A stretch of DNA of 64,000 nt from contig CAZVDU010000005.1 of NCBI GenBank assembly GCA_964625615.1, positions 2,103-66,102 on the forward strand, in the 5' to 3' direction. This document shows, in pieces, positions 52,786 through 63,715 of this stretch (the stretch's first letter is position 1; every line of letters starts with the position of its first letter). Under the pieces are notes generated by a model, which was given only the letters and a program-made list of their open reading frames with translations, did not search any database and was not told where the DNA came from. Source of the stretch: an uncultured Pseudoalteromonadaceae bacterium. Lineage in GTDB: Bacteria; Pseudomonadota; Gammaproteobacteria; Enterobacterales; Alteromonadaceae. Made by a program: the position numbers and the translations under genes.

Positions 52786-53718
52786 GTGAACTCACCTGAA
52801 GTACAGACTATTATCGAGCTAGAAAATACGCTGGCAATAAAGACGCCTTCACCTGAGCAGCCTATAAAACCCAACTGGAAACATATCAAAGATTATCAGC
52901 TTTTTATAAAGAGGGACGATCTAATACATACTCAAGTATCCGGTAATAAATGGCGAAAACTTAAATACCAACTCCTTTCAGTTTTATCGCAGAACACCGA
53001 TGCAAGCCACAGACACATCATTAGCTTTGGCGGAGGTTACTCCAATCACCTTCACGCATTGGCTTACTGTTGTCACAAGTTAAAAATTAGGTTCACAGCA
53101 ATAGTTCGAGGAGATTACAGCACATCTCCAACCCCAATGCTCATAGATATCAAGCATTGGGGTTGTGACATTGAATACGTCACAAAGAAGCAATATCAAA
53201 AACGCTATGATAGTGATTACTTACAAGCGATAAGAAATAAGCACACTGACGCTGTTATCATTCCCGAAGGCGGGTCACAACAATCGGCTTTACCAGGTAT
53301 CAAGGAGATGGTAACCGAGTTCAGCCGCGACTATGATGCGATCATTTGCCCTGTTGCTAGTTCAGGTACTTTTGCAGGATTAATAAAACATTGCTCAAAC
53401 TCAAAGGCATTACACGGTATTGCAATGCTTAAAGGAAAAAACTACCTCGAAGAAGAAGTACTGAAACTCTTCCCTAACGCAAAGCTCACGTCAAATTGGA
53501 AAATTCACCACGATTATCATTGCGGCGGGTATGCTAAGAAAACAACTGAATTAACGGATTTCTGCCAATTGTTTAGGACTCAAACTAACATTCCAGTTGA
53601 ACCAGTTTATAGTGGCAAAATGCTTTGGGGCTTGAAACAATTAATTGAAAGCCGCTTTCTCCCAATAGGCTCAAAAATCCTAGCAATTCATACAGGCGGG
53701 TTGCAAGGCCAACGATAG
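52786..53718 (+). CDS. ACC deaminase / D-cysteine desulfhydrase family PLP enzyme
   Basis: IKRDDL, SGNKWRKL, SFGGGYSNH, IPEGG, EPVYSGK, IHTGGLQG. Confidence 0.92.
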   Translation: MNSPEVQTIIELENTLAIKTPSPEQPIKPNWKHIKDYQLFIKRDDLIHTQVSGNKWRKLKYQLLSVLSQNTDASHRHIISFGGGYSNHLHALAYCCHKLKIRFTAIVRGDYSTSPTPMLIDIKHWGCDIEYVTKKQYQKRYDSDYLQAIRNKHTDAVIIPEGGSQQSALPGIKEMVTEFSRDYDAIICPVASSGTFAGLIKHCSNSKALHGIAMLKGKNYLEEEVLKLFPNAKLTSNWKIHHDYHCGGYAKKTTELTDFCQLFRTQTNIPVEPVYSGKMLWGLKQLIESRFLPIGSKILAIHTGGLQGQR

Positions 53719-53842
53719 CTTATCTTTAAATAGTATTATTAGTATAAAAGGGGCTTCGGTGAATAAACATCATCTAAGCCCGGTTTATCCTTAACTTACT
53801 AGCAGCTATCACCATTTTGTCTTGCTTTTATTGTACTGCGGT

Positions 53843-54790
53843 TTAAATTGTGAGCATGTGCTGAGTTGCTTGGATAAGCAGTGTTCGCGTGCTTTCTTCA
53901 ACTGACGCATGCCCTGAATCTTCGGCAATATGCAGTACAGATATAGGTAATGCTGCTTTCAGTGCCAAAGCGTTGTCAAACGGACAAACAATATCGTAAC
54001 GACCGTGAATAATTGCAGTTGGTATATCTTTAATACTCTCGCAGTTTTCTAGCAACTGGTTATCATCCAAAAAGCAATTATTCTTCATATAGTGTGCTTC
54101 ATGGCGAGCAAGCGTCCAACAGTGCTCATCATTTAAGTTCGCGGCTAGAAACTCTTCATTCGGTACAAGCGTGCAACAGCTCAACTCCCAACGGGTCCAA
54201 GCTTTGGCAATTTGTTTTGCTAAAACATCATCATTACCTGTCATTAAATGATACCCTTCTTCAACAAAATTACCTTTTGAAGAATCAGGGAATGCTTCAA
54301 CAAATTCAGCCCAATGATCGGGGAAGATTCTTGATGCACCGCCACCATTGAATGTCCATTGGATATCTTGTAACCGCGCTAAAAAAATCCCACGCAATAC
54401 GAGACTTAAAACGACCTTAGCATTCGTTTGAGCATAAGCCAACGCCAGAGTTGAGCCCCACGAACCGCCAAACAAATGCCAATTATCTATATTTAAGTGC
54501 TGACGAATCTGCTCCATATCAACAATTAAATCTTGTGTGGTGTTGTTTTCTAGCAAACCATGAGGTGATGACCGACCACACCCTCTTTGATCAAACAGAA
54601 TAATGCGATATTGGTCAGGATCAAAAAAACGGCGATCATTCTCAGAACATCCACCTCCCGGTCCACCATGCACAAACAACACTGGCTGCCCATTGGGGTT
54701 ACCACACTGTTCAACATACACTTGGTGAGACTGCCCCACGTCCAGCATAAAATGGTCATAAGGCGTTATTTCAGGGAAAAATTCATTCAT
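53843..54790 (-). CDS. pip: Proline iminopeptidase
   Basis: HGGPGGG, FDQRGCGRS, GGSWGS, GRYDIVCP, GH. Confidence 0.95.
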   Translation of the reverse strand: MNEFFPEITPYDHFMLDVGQSHQVYVEQCGNPNGQPVLFVHGGPGGGCSENDRRFFDPDQYRIILFDQRGCGRSSPHGLLENNTTQDLIVDMEQIRQHLNIDNWHLFGGSWGSTLALAYAQTNAKVVLSLVLRGIFLARLQDIQWTFNGGGASRIFPDHWAEFVEAFPDSSKGNFVEEGYHLMTGNDDVLAKQIAKAWTRWELSCCTLVPNEEFLAANLNDEHCWTLARHEAHYMKNNCFLDDNQLLENCESIKDIPTAIIHGRYDIVCPFDNALALKAALPISVLHIAEDSGHASVEESTRTLLIQATQHMLTI

Positions 54791-54812
54791 CGTTACTAAG
54801 CTCTAGATATAC

Positions 54813-55286
54813 CTACTTCTGCGTTCGAGGCTGATTAATAACAACCATATCACCGACGCTTACTTTATGCCGTTTAAACCACCCTCGATTCATCTCGATA
54901 GCATAGCGCACTGACTTCTCAGAAGACTGCTTTTTACTGTCAAACGGTAACATTTGTACAATTCGGACTATTTCTCCACCTTCCTGAACAAATGCAATAT
55001 CAATCGGCAGGAAAATATCTTGTGTTGATAATTGGGCTATTTGGACTAATCCATAATCAAATAACATACCGCAATCATCACAAAGCACACGTTTATGAGC
55101 AAGTCCATGCTCACGTAACTCTGGCGTATTTGCATATTCAAGCGTTAGTACCTTTCCCGCAACAGAAACGGAAATATTAGGAAAAGACTGACTTGAATGC
55201 GCAAAACTATTTTTCGACAGTGTTATAAGCCCAACCAACACAATAAAAAGAAGATTGGGGCTTTTTACAGATACCATATTGAACAT
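54813..55286 (-). CDS. DUF192-family exported protein (divergent)
   Basis: EYANTPELREHGL, GMLF, PIDIAF, YAIEMNRGWF, VGD. Confidence 0.8.
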   Translation of the reverse strand: MFNMVSVKSPNLLFIVLVGLITLSKNSFAHSSQSFPNISVSVAGKVLTLEYANTPELREHGLAHKRVLCDDCGMLFDYGLVQIAQLSTQDIFLPIDIAFVQEGGEIVRIVQMLPFDSKKQSSEKSVRYAIEMNRGWFKRHKVSVGDMVVINQPRTQK

Positions 55287-55299
55287 TCTATATAGCCAA

Positions 55300-56505
55300 C
55301 TACGTTAATAGCGTGGCTACCGCGAGTCCTAATGGCGTGCCTACAATATAACCAGCTACGCCAGCCAAAACACCGGGCGTCGCTAAGCCAGTCCAACCAC
55401 GCGCTACAGCTAAAGCGGGCGCCGTCGTAGCACCAAGTATCGCAGCATTAGATGCAATGATAATTTCTGGTAAGGATAATGCCAGAGCAGGTTCTTCGTC
55501 TTTGTTTGACATCTTTCTTGCGATGTTAGAGATAAGCGCTCCCCCAACAAAAACAACCAAGAAGTGAATCAACAAGAGAATGACAACAAAGCCTAGAAGT
55601 ATAGGGGCGACACTGAGTAATTTAGCAACGTCAGCACCAGCTGCAATGGCCGCAAAAAATACAAAAGCTAGAACCAACCCTACCGTTTGCCCTCCATTCA
55701 TTTTCTTCATTTGGTTGGGTGCAAAAGTCGCTGGCAATACAGAGAACAAAGTAATAAAGACATACCTTAGTCGGCCATAATCAAAATCAGATGTGGTATT
55801 TAAAACAGCCACTAATCCATCAGACAAAGCAACCACTATCAAAGTAAAAGTCAATGCTGCTGCCAGGCTATAACCTGTAACACCTGATTCGCCCGTTTCG
55901 GATTCTTCTTCGTAAGCTAACACATGATTGCGTTGTGCAAATTTTCCCATCAACCATTTAGAAGCAGGCATAATTGCAATAACGGCTAGAAATATAGCAC
56001 TCATTAAATTGTCTACGGCTGTCGCTGCAGAAATAATATTGGCATCATCAAAGCCCGTTGATTGAATAACAGCCGCATAGTTAACAGAGCCTCCGGTATA
56101 GGTAGCTGTAAATATTCCTGCAAGTGCTGCTTCCTGCGCACCAACATCTAACAACCCGGCAGCAACAATTGATCCAACGGCAGTGCCAATACACGCCAAG
56201 ATAAACGCAATCCCAACACGTCCGCTTTCAGCAATAATACGCCTCACATCGGCTTGCATTAGAAATAAGGGAATAATGGCAGGTACACAATAAGAAAAGA
56301 CAAAACCATAAGCCGGTGCATCTTTTGGAATAAGCCCTAGATTGGAGGCTAGAATAGCGCCCAAGATAGCCCATACTGTGCCTGTAACCATCTTACCCCA
56401 TGATCTTTGTTCGGCCCAAAAGCCAAACAACGCAATAGCAAAAAGGGCGGCCAATACAGCAAAAGGTTGATCAGCTGGTATAACAGAGAAGTCGGGGGAT
56501 GGCAT
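55300..56505 (-). CDS. DUF819-family multi-pass membrane protein
   Basis: ASNLGLIP, AIIPLFL, TYTGGSVNY, ASNAAILG. Confidence 0.85.
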   Translation of the reverse strand: MPSPDFSVIPADQPFAVLAALFAIALFGFWAEQRSWGKMVTGTVWAILGAILASNLGLIPKDAPAYGFVFSYCVPAIIPLFLMQADVRRIIAESGRVGIAFILACIGTAVGSIVAAGLLDVGAQEAALAGIFTATYTGGSVNYAAVIQSTGFDDANIISAATAVDNLMSAIFLAVIAIMPASKWLMGKFAQRNHVLAYEEESETGESGVTGYSLAAALTFTLIVVALSDGLVAVLNTTSDFDYGRLRYVFITLFSVLPATFAPNQMKKMNGGQTVGLVLAFVFFAAIAAGADVAKLLSVAPILLGFVVILLLIHFLVVFVGGALISNIARKMSNKDEEPALALSLPEIIIASNAAILGATTAPALAVARGWTGLATPGVLAGVAGYIVGTPLGLAVATLLT

Positions 56506-56755
56506 AGAATATTACACTTAGGAAGTTATTATCTTTATGCGCTAAGCATAAAGATTTGATTTACACCATGCAAGTAACACTTTAGTGCGCCAACACATCC
56601 AATATTTAGGACTCTTAAGGCGATAAACTGGGTACCCCTTCAATATTCTGAAAGGAGATATAACCTCAATTCCTCGCAGGGTTGAATAAAAGATACCCTA
56701 TTAATGGCTCATCACTGTTTTAACTGATTTAAAAATCCGCTTTTAAGAACCGATG

Positions 56756-56769
56756 TCCCCAATTGGGGA
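56756..56769. promoter_or_regulatory. Perfect palindrome TCCCCAATTGGGGA abutting a putative -35
   Basis: Directly followed by TTGCGC-N18-TATTCT upstream of the lipoprotein gene. Confidence 0.5.
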
Positions 56770-56834
56770 TTGCGCCATCGACATTGCGTTTCATATTCTA
56801 ATTTGGTTAATAATGAATCAAATATAGGGATTTT

Positions 56835-59786
56835 ATGGAAAGCTTAGCTCACCTAACTATCAAATCATTAGTTCTGGGCATTTTACTCACCCTGTTATCC
56901 GCATGCAGTGACGATACTGTAGCACCAGAAGACATAGGCATTGTGCCTCCGGATGACCCAGATCCTGAACCAGATCCGGATCCTGACCCAGGCCCTGAAC
57001 CAGAAGGTCAACCAGTGACCATTCCAGCAGATGGTGGCATGGTTGTAGTGGAAGTCGACGGACAAGAACTAACCTTCGATATACCTGCCGGTGCCGTTGC
57101 AGAAGACACCAATATTTTTGTCAGCAGCGTCGCCTTTGATGACATTGAAGTAGTCGAAGATCCAGCCTCTGTGTTGATTAGTTTAAACTTCGAGCCCTCC
57201 AGTGTGCAGTTTGGAGCACCTGTTCGTGTCAGTGGTGGTTTAGAATCAGAGCGCCTTGATGCAGGTGGCCTGTATAGTGGTTTTGGCATAGAAAACGGGC
57301 AGGTTAGTTCACTACCAGTCAACATTACGCCTCCGACCAGCGGATTAGGACGCCCAACTTTTGACTTCGAAATCAATACTACAATGCCAACAGTGGGGAT
57401 CGTATTATTAGGTCATCGACTGTCCCTAACTGGCCCAGCAGAAGTGCAGGTTGGTGAGGGCGGAGGCCTTCAAGCTGAGCTCACAAGAGAAGACAGTGGA
57501 ATTACAATTACCGAGTTTAGCGCCGAAGTATTTATTTCTGATGATACGTCTCCAGTATCTTTACCAAGCGGGAGTAGCCTAACGTTAGCTGAGTTTACCC
57601 CAGAGCCCGAAGACTTAGAGCGCAATGGCGTTGCCACAGACATATCTAGCTTTATCTGTAATCAGGAAGGAGCATTTTCTATTTCTATCAGAGCTGCGAG
57701 TGGGCAAGCCATGTTACCTGACATTGGCAATGGCGCTGCCGTGATTGGAGTCAACACTTTTTCAACCATCGATCTTATCGGCGAATGCCTACTCCAAGAC
57801 ACGCAGCCCCCAGAAGATATTACGATCGCGGGTCAAAACGCCTTCAACGAGATTCGATTAGCGAATTCATATGGCGTTTCCGTGTCTTATGATGTTGACT
57901 CTTTTGAATCAGTTGATCCCACAAATTTAAACCGACTTACTGCGGAAAACGCACGTGCAACGACAACAACTTCGCCGATCACCGATGAAGGTATTGCCGT
58001 TAATTTGAACCGATTACCTGATGATATGCGCTCTTGTATTACCGAATTACCCAATGTCGTACCCAGTGAAGAGCGCTCGTCAACCAACTATTCAGCACAA
58101 ATTAGCTGCCCACGTCGCGAAGACGGATCCAGCAACCCTATTTCTGATATGGGGGACGGCACTTTCCGTTTTGCATCAGATGATCGAGAAATAGTAAGGA
58201 TCACCCTTGAACCTGGGGTAGGGTTGGTCACCCAGGTGGGCGAGGGGTTCAACGACTTTAATGACGCGCGGATAAATCAAGTACCTGATATCCTCTATCG
58301 TAATGCGGCCAATACAAATGAAGGCACTTCCGCTGCCTTAAGCAGTGAGTTCTTTTTAAATGTTGCTCCACCACAACCTTTCCAGACGTTTGATGAAGGC
58401 GCCAGACCCACAGTCGCAATTAGTAACTTCGCTGGGTTAAATAGCGAAATTACGATACGGACGAACGCGGTTGAGCAACTCATTACTTTTATAGAAACAT
58501 CCGAACCAGGCTCGGATACGTTAACTGGATTTATTGATGTACAACCTATCGCTGAACCTCAAGGTGGGCAAAACTCAGTAACGATGAATATATTAAGGCC
58601 TACACTAGTCGAGTTGATAAACACCAATGCCACGGATATCAGTGATATCTCTATTGCCGCCGTCAATAACCAGCCCCTACCAAGTGACGCTTTGTTTAAT
58701 ATTACAAATGATCCCGATAACCCATTGGTTAGCCCAAATACCCTAATAGGGACAGGTACATCTATAGCAACAAACCTTCAAGGGCTTACACCGGAGCAAG
58801 TTTGTCCTGTACCACCACCTAGCGCCCCTTCGACACGATGCAGTTCAGGTAATCGTGAGGCCCTGCTATCAGTTAATTTAAGTGACGAAGTGGTTATTTA
58901 CGACTCAATAACAGGCCAGTTCTCGCAATTTTTCCTACAAGACGTGGATTTTAGCACGCCCACTATTTCCCGAACGGCAGCCATCGAAGCAACACAAGCA
59001 CCTGATCAATGCGTGCTCTATTCGGATGCTGGCGGTCAATTATTGCTCTTCGATACTAATGGAACACAACTGACTGGCGATGGATTGGGCAACCTTAATG
59101 CAAACGGAGGCGCATTATTAACAGGCCGTGACCAACCAACACCTGTGATTGAATACTTAGGATACGATTTCTATTCTCCTGATGGTGGCACTACATGGCA
59201 ATTATTCATAGCTGTTCGCGCAGACACCGACGGTGACGCGAGTGGTTTTATAGATACCACTCAAGTTATCAGATATGACTATGCACTAACAGGCAATACA
59301 GTGTTGTCGAACCCAGTAGTAATAGCCACAGAAGCTGATTCTAGAGATAGTTTTCAGGATGTGCTCGTTATTGGTGACAGAGTTTATGTCACACAAAACC
59401 TCAGAGGCGAACAAGACCCAATTCGCGTATTCAATGCTGACACGGGGGACGAACTTTCACCACTATTGACCGACTTGACGGATCCCAGGCAAATGGCTGT
59501 AACCTTCGATGGTAATCTGGCTGTAGTAGATTTCCCTATAGAAACTTTCTTCGTTATCGATATACAAACAGGTGAGCGTATAAGAGAGTTTAGACTAGGT
59601 GATGGAGACAACAGAGGCAATGATAGGTTGCGTGGTATCGCACCGCTTAGGAATGGGGATTTCTTCGCCAGCGGTTTATCCGATATTAACCGTTCTGTCG
59701 TGAACCAATACACAGGTTTTATTCAGGAGGTAAGAGACAATAGCTCTAGCAATGGTGTATTCGTTGGGCGAGCTTGTTTACCCTAA
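56835..59786 (+). CDS. Large acidic lipoprotein: Pro-Asp linker, ZU5-like domain, beta-rich middle, C-terminal beta-propeller-like region
   Basis: Lipobox LSAC (Cys24); PDPEPDPDPD; TIPADGG...IPAGAV...FEPS..QF.APV; C-terminal DPRQMAVTFDGNLAVVD and LRGIAPLRNGDF repeats. Confidence 0.75.
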   Translation: MESLAHLTIKSLVLGILLTLLSACSDDTVAPEDIGIVPPDDPDPEPDPDPDPGPEPEGQPVTIPADGGMVVVEVDGQELTFDIPAGAVAEDTNIFVSSVAFDDIEVVEDPASVLISLNFEPSSVQFGAPVRVSGGLESERLDAGGLYSGFGIENGQVSSLPVNITPPTSGLGRPTFDFEINTTMPTVGIVLLGHRLSLTGPAEVQVGEGGGLQAELTREDSGITITEFSAEVFISDDTSPVSLPSGSSLTLAEFTPEPEDLERNGVATDISSFICNQEGAFSISIRAASGQAMLPDIGNGAAVIGVNTFSTIDLIGECLLQDTQPPEDITIAGQNAFNEIRLANSYGVSVSYDVDSFESVDPTNLNRLTAENARATTTTSPITDEGIAVNLNRLPDDMRSCITELPNVVPSEERSSTNYSAQISCPRREDGSSNPISDMGDGTFRFASDDREIVRITLEPGVGLVTQVGEGFNDFNDARINQVPDILYRNAANTNEGTSAALSSEFFLNVAPPQPFQTFDEGARPTVAISNFAGLNSEITIRTNAVEQLITFIETSEPGSDTLTGFIDVQPIAEPQGGQNSVTMNILRPTLVELINTNATDISDISIAAVNNQPLPSDALFNITNDPDNPLVSPNTLIGTGTSIATNLQGLTPEQVCPVPPPSAPSTRCSSGNREALLSVNLSDEVVIYDSITGQFSQFFLQDVDFSTPTISRTAAIEATQAPDQCVLYSDAGGQLLLFDTNGTQLTGDGLGNLNANGGALLTGRDQPTPVIEYLGYDFYSPDGGTTWQLFIAVRADTDGDASGFIDTTQVIRYDYALTGNTVLSNPVVIATEADSRDSFQDVLVIGDRVYVTQNLRGEQDPIRVFNADTGDELSPLLTDLTDPRQMAVTFDGNLAVVDFPIETFFVIDIQTGERIREFRLGDGDNRGNDRLRGIAPLRNGDFFASGLSDINRSVVNQYTGFIQEVRDNSSSNGVFVGRACLP
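56946..57006 (+). repeat. Degenerate hexamer repeat encoding the (Pro-Asp/Glu)n linker
   Basis: ccagat cctgaa ccagat ccggat cctgac ccaggc cctgaa ccagaa. Confidence 0.8.
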
Positions 59787-59864
59787 ATGATACTTATACC
59801 TTATCCTGTACTATTTTACCGCTCACCCTTATTGTGGGCGATGTGCTGAATAAATATTAGAAAC

Positions 59865-59892
59865 AAAAAAGCCGAGCTTCATGCTCGGCTTT
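59865..59892 (-). terminator. Intrinsic terminator after acnB
   Basis: AAAGCCGAGC-N5-GCTCGGCTTT with T tract. Confidence 0.85.
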
Positions 59893-59917
59893 CATTTAAC
59901 TATTTAACTTTAGCGAG

Positions 59918-62530
59918 TTAAGCAATATTCAACGCTGGAATTATCTTCGCTTGCGCTTCTTCTTCCGCTTTCTTGAAATCTTCCATTCGGTCAAAATTCA
60001 AATACTTGAAGACTTCACCCGACATGGATTCTATCTTGTTAGCGTATTCCATATATTCTTCTGTTGTCGGGATCTTACCAACAATCGCGCCCACAGCTGC
60101 CATTTCAGCAGAACATAAGTAGACATTCGCGCCATCGCCTAAACGATTAGGAAAGTTACGAGTAGAAGTAGACAATACAGTCGCACCAGCAAGTACTCGT
60201 GCTTGGTTACCCATACACAATGAACAGCCTGGCATTTCTGTACGCACACCAGCTCGCCCATAGATGTTGTAGTAGCCTTCTTCCATTAAGACAGCTTTAT
60301 CCATCTTAGTGGGAGGTGACATCCACAAGCGTGTTGGTAATACTTGATTGTACTGTTCAAGCAACTTACCAGCCGCACGGAAATGACCAATGTTAGTCAT
60401 ACATGAACCGATGAATACTTCATCAACCTTATCACCAGCAACGTCAGACAATGTTTTCGCATCATCGGGGTCATTCGGGCAACAAAGGATAGGCTCTTTG
60501 ATATCAGCCAAATCAATCTCAATCACTTCTGCGTATTCAGCATCCGCATCAGCTTGCATCAATTCTGGGTTAGCTAGCCACTCTTCCATCTTACGAGCGC
60601 GGCGCTCTAGTGTACGTGGGTCGCCATAACCTTCGTTAATCATCCAACGAAGCATAGTAATGTTAGAGTTCAAGTACTCTGCAATTGACTCTTCAGAGAG
60701 TTTGATTGTACAGCCAGCAGCAGAACGCTCAGCAGAAGCATCAGACAATTCGAATGCTTGTTCGACGGTCAGATTATCTAGGCCTTCGATTTCTAACACA
60801 CGACCAGAGAACGCATTCACTTTACCTTTCTTAGCAACAGTCAATAAGCCTTGTTTGATACCGTACAATGGAATTGCATGAACAAGATCACGTAACGTAA
60901 TGCCAGGCTGCATTTCACCTTTAAAACGAACCAGAACAGATTCAGGCATATCCAGTGGCATAACACCTGTTGCAGCAGCAAAGGCAACCAAACCGGAACC
61001 CGCAGGGAATGAAATTCCAAGAGGGAAACGTGTATGAGAGTCACCACCAGTACCAACGGTATCAGGCAACAACATACGATTTAACCAAGAGTGAATGATA
61101 CCGTCGCCTGCGCGAAGAGAAACACCACCACGATTCATAATAAAATCAGGTAATGTGTGCTGTGTTTCGATATCAACCGGCTTAGGGTAAGCGGCTGTGT
61201 GACAGAAAGACTGCATCGTTAAATCAGCTGAAAAGCCTAAACATGCCAGATCTTTCAATTCATCACGCGTCATAGGTCCCGTTGTATCTTGAGAACCAAC
61301 AGTAGTCATTTTAGGCTCACAGTATGTCCCAGGACGAACACCTTCAACGCCACATGCTTTACCCACCATTTTTTGCGCTAATGTGTAACCTTTACCAGTA
61401 TCAACAGGTTGCTCTGGCTTACGGAATAATTCAGACGTACCCAAACCAAGGGATTCACGCGCTTTTTCGGTTAAGCCACGACCAATGATCAGGTTAATAC
61501 GACCACCAGCACGTACTTCGTCCAACAATACGTCAGACTTATAAGCGTATTCAGCAACCGTTTCACCCGTTGCATTATTCGTGATCTTACCTTCTAGTGG
61601 GAAGATATCGATCACATCGCCCATGTTCATTTTTTCAACATCAGCTTCAAAAACAAGTGCACCAGCATCTTCCATGGTATTGAAGAAGATAGGGGCAACT
61701 TTACTACCGATACAAATACCACCACCACGCTTATTAGGAACGCCGGGTAAATCTTCTCCGAAGAACCATAAAACAGAGTTAGTTGCTGATTTACGTGATG
61801 AACCTGTACCTACAACATCACCAACAAAAGCGACTTGATGACCTTTAGCTTTGATTTCGTCAATTTGTGCTAACGGACCTACTTCGCCATGTTTTTCAGG
61901 TGTTAAGCCGTCGCGTGTCATCTTATAAGCAGCACGGGCATGTAATGGGATATCAGGACGAGACCATGCATCAGGTGCGGGTGACAAATCATCAGTATTT
62001 GTTTCGCCTGTTACTTTAAATACTGTTGCAGTGATTTTCTCCGGCATATCAGGACGAGAAGTGAACCATTCAGCTTCTGCCCATGATTCCATAACGTCTT
62101 TAGCATACTTATTGCCGGCTTTAACTTTGTCTTCGACATCATGGAATGCGTCAAACATAAGCAGTGTGTGCTTCAATTCTTCCGCAGCAAGCTCTGCTAA
62201 ATCATCAGAGTCCAATGCTTCAACCAGAGTCACTATGTTGTAACCACCGTGCATGTTGCCTAGCAATTGAATGGCTGCATCTTTTGAAATTAGTGGTGAT
62301 GTCGCCTCACCATTCACGATAGCGCTTAAGAAGCCTGCTTTAACATAGGCCGCTTCGTCCACACCGGGAGGAACTCGCTCTGACAATAGCTCCAGCAAGA
62401 AGTCTTCTTCGCCAGCTGGCGGTGCTTTCATCAACTCAACTAGGCTTGCAACCTGTTCAGCATTTAGTGGTTTAGGTGGGATACCTTCGGCGGCGCGTTC
62501 TTCAACGTGTTTACGATAAGCTTCTAACAC
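59918..62530 (-). CDS. acnB: Aconitate hydratase B
   Basis: [50 protein letters not shown]; GTG at 62530 with GAGG RBS. Confidence 0.99.
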   Translation of the reverse strand: MLEAYRKHVEERAAEGIPPKPLNAEQVASLVELMKAPPAGEEDFLLELLSERVPPGVDEAAYVKAGFLSAIVNGEATSPLISKDAAIQLLGNMHGGYNIVTLVEALDSDDLAELAAEELKHTLLMFDAFHDVEDKVKAGNKYAKDVMESWAEAEWFTSRPDMPEKITATVFKVTGETNTDDLSPAPDAWSRPDIPLHARAAYKMTRDGLTPEKHGEVGPLAQIDEIKAKGHQVAFVGDVVGTGSSRKSATNSVLWFFGEDLPGVPNKRGGGICIGSKVAPIFFNTMEDAGALVFEADVEKMNMGDVIDIFPLEGKITNNATGETVAEYAYKSDVLLDEVRAGGRINLIIGRGLTEKARESLGLGTSELFRKPEQPVDTGKGYTLAQKMVGKACGVEGVRPGTYCEPKMTTVGSQDTTGPMTRDELKDLACLGFSADLTMQSFCHTAAYPKPVDIETQHTLPDFIMNRGGVSLRAGDGIIHSWLNRMLLPDTVGTGGDSHTRFPLGISFPAGSGLVAFAAATGVMPLDMPESVLVRFKGEMQPGITLRDLVHAIPLYGIKQGLLTVAKKGKVNAFSGRVLEIEGLDNLTVEQAFELSDASAERSAAGCTIKLSEESIAEYLNSNITMLRWMINEGYGDPRTLERRARKMEEWLANPELMQADADAEYAEVIEIDLADIKEPILCCPNDPDDAKTLSDVAGDKVDEVFIGSCMTNIGHFRAAGKLLEQYNQVLPTRLWMSPPTKMDKAVLMEEGYYNIYGRAGVRTEMPGCSLCMGNQARVLAGATVLSTSTRNFPNRLGDGANVYLCSAEMAAVGAIVGKIPTTEEYMEYANKIESMSGEVFKYLNFDRMEDFKKAEEEAQAKIIPALNIA

Positions 62531-62732
62531 AACGTGGTCCTCTTGGTTAATGCGAAATATGAGACTCATTTCGACAGTGTGCAGTTAACCGACTAATTAT
62601 AGAGGTTCGCTGGAAATATTAAACAAGGTGTAGCATTTATTTTGCGTAAATGACTGAATTGTGATGCATAAACGATCAACAACCTCCCCCTTGTTAACGG
62701 GATTAACAAAATTAACCCTTCTTTAACATGAT

Positions 62733-63569
62733 TTAAAACAAGCTTGGATTCATTAAACCCAAAATACCATTGCTCTCCATCTGTGCAAATTTCAGGCAAT
62801 CGATAATATCTTCATACTCAGCACCTATTGACCGAAGTAGGGTGAGATCAAAATAATCAGGCACGTTTCTATCTTTATCTGTCAGATGAAAGTGTGATGA
62901 CAAACTCGCTATCCTAATCAATGCGGCATCATCCTCATTCAAACAATATTGGATATCCTGATATTGCTCGATGGGCAAATAAACCTGGGCAGGTAAATGC
63001 CAACTTTTTAAAATTTGTGCCGTACACTGAGAATAACTAAAGCCAAGGACTTCTCGTTGACGCTCCCAAGGCATCTGTTCTTCACCGAGTGTTTCACAAG
63101 CCTTTGCTTCCTTAGGTGATAAAGCAGCTACCGCTAATTGACCTAAATTGTGTAAAAGGCCAACGAGGAAAAAACGTTCACTTCCTCTTATTTTCATCGA
63201 CTTAGCCAGATTCTTAGCAATTAGCCCGCTATAGACGCTGTGCATCCAAAAATAGCGTAGATTAATAGCATCACTTTCTAACTTAGAGAAAGCTGAACGC
63301 GCAGCTTCCATCATCGCAAGATTATAAATGGCTTCACCACCAATAACATTTACCGCTTTTTTGATGGTACTAATTTGAGAAGGAAATCTGAATAACGCGC
63401 TATTAGCTAGCTTTAGTAACTTCGAGCTGAGTGACGGATCCAGACTGATCACAGCCGCCAAGTCTTCTGCTGTTGAACGTTCATCTTCATTCAACTCTTT
63501 TATCTTTATGCAAGAATCTGGCAGTGCGAGCGAGTTCGTCACATTTGTCGCATAAACGTTCAAATCCAT
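62733..63569 (-). CDS. HDOD domain protein
   Basis: LP, DPSLSSKLLKLANS, FWMHS, GLLHNLG, WHLP. Confidence 0.93.
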   Translation of the reverse strand: MDLNVYATNVTNSLALPDSCIKIKELNEDERSTAEDLAAVISLDPSLSSKLLKLANSALFRFPSQISTIKKAVNVIGGEAIYNLAMMEAARSAFSKLESDAINLRYFWMHSVYSGLIAKNLAKSMKIRGSERFFLVGLLHNLGQLAVAALSPKEAKACETLGEEQMPWERQREVLGFSYSQCTAQILKSWHLPAQVYLPIEQYQDIQYCLNEDDAALIRIASLSSHFHLTDKDRNVPDYFDLTLLRSIGAEYEDIIDCLKFAQMESNGILGLMNPSLF

Positions 63570-63715
63570 ACGTAGAATTACCTTGTATTATCTAAGCGGT
63601 TACTATTGTGACTATACTAAAGGCTTAATTGCCATTTGATAACTAATAAAACATAGCGAAGCGTATTTAAATACAACACAATGCACGTATTAATGTACCT
63701 AAACCTCAAAATAGC

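Noticed and set aside
2369-62799. Many 60-155 aa ORFs nested in or antisense to housekeeping and flagellar genes
   Set aside because: No recognisable motifs; these are expected shadows of codon-biased genes.
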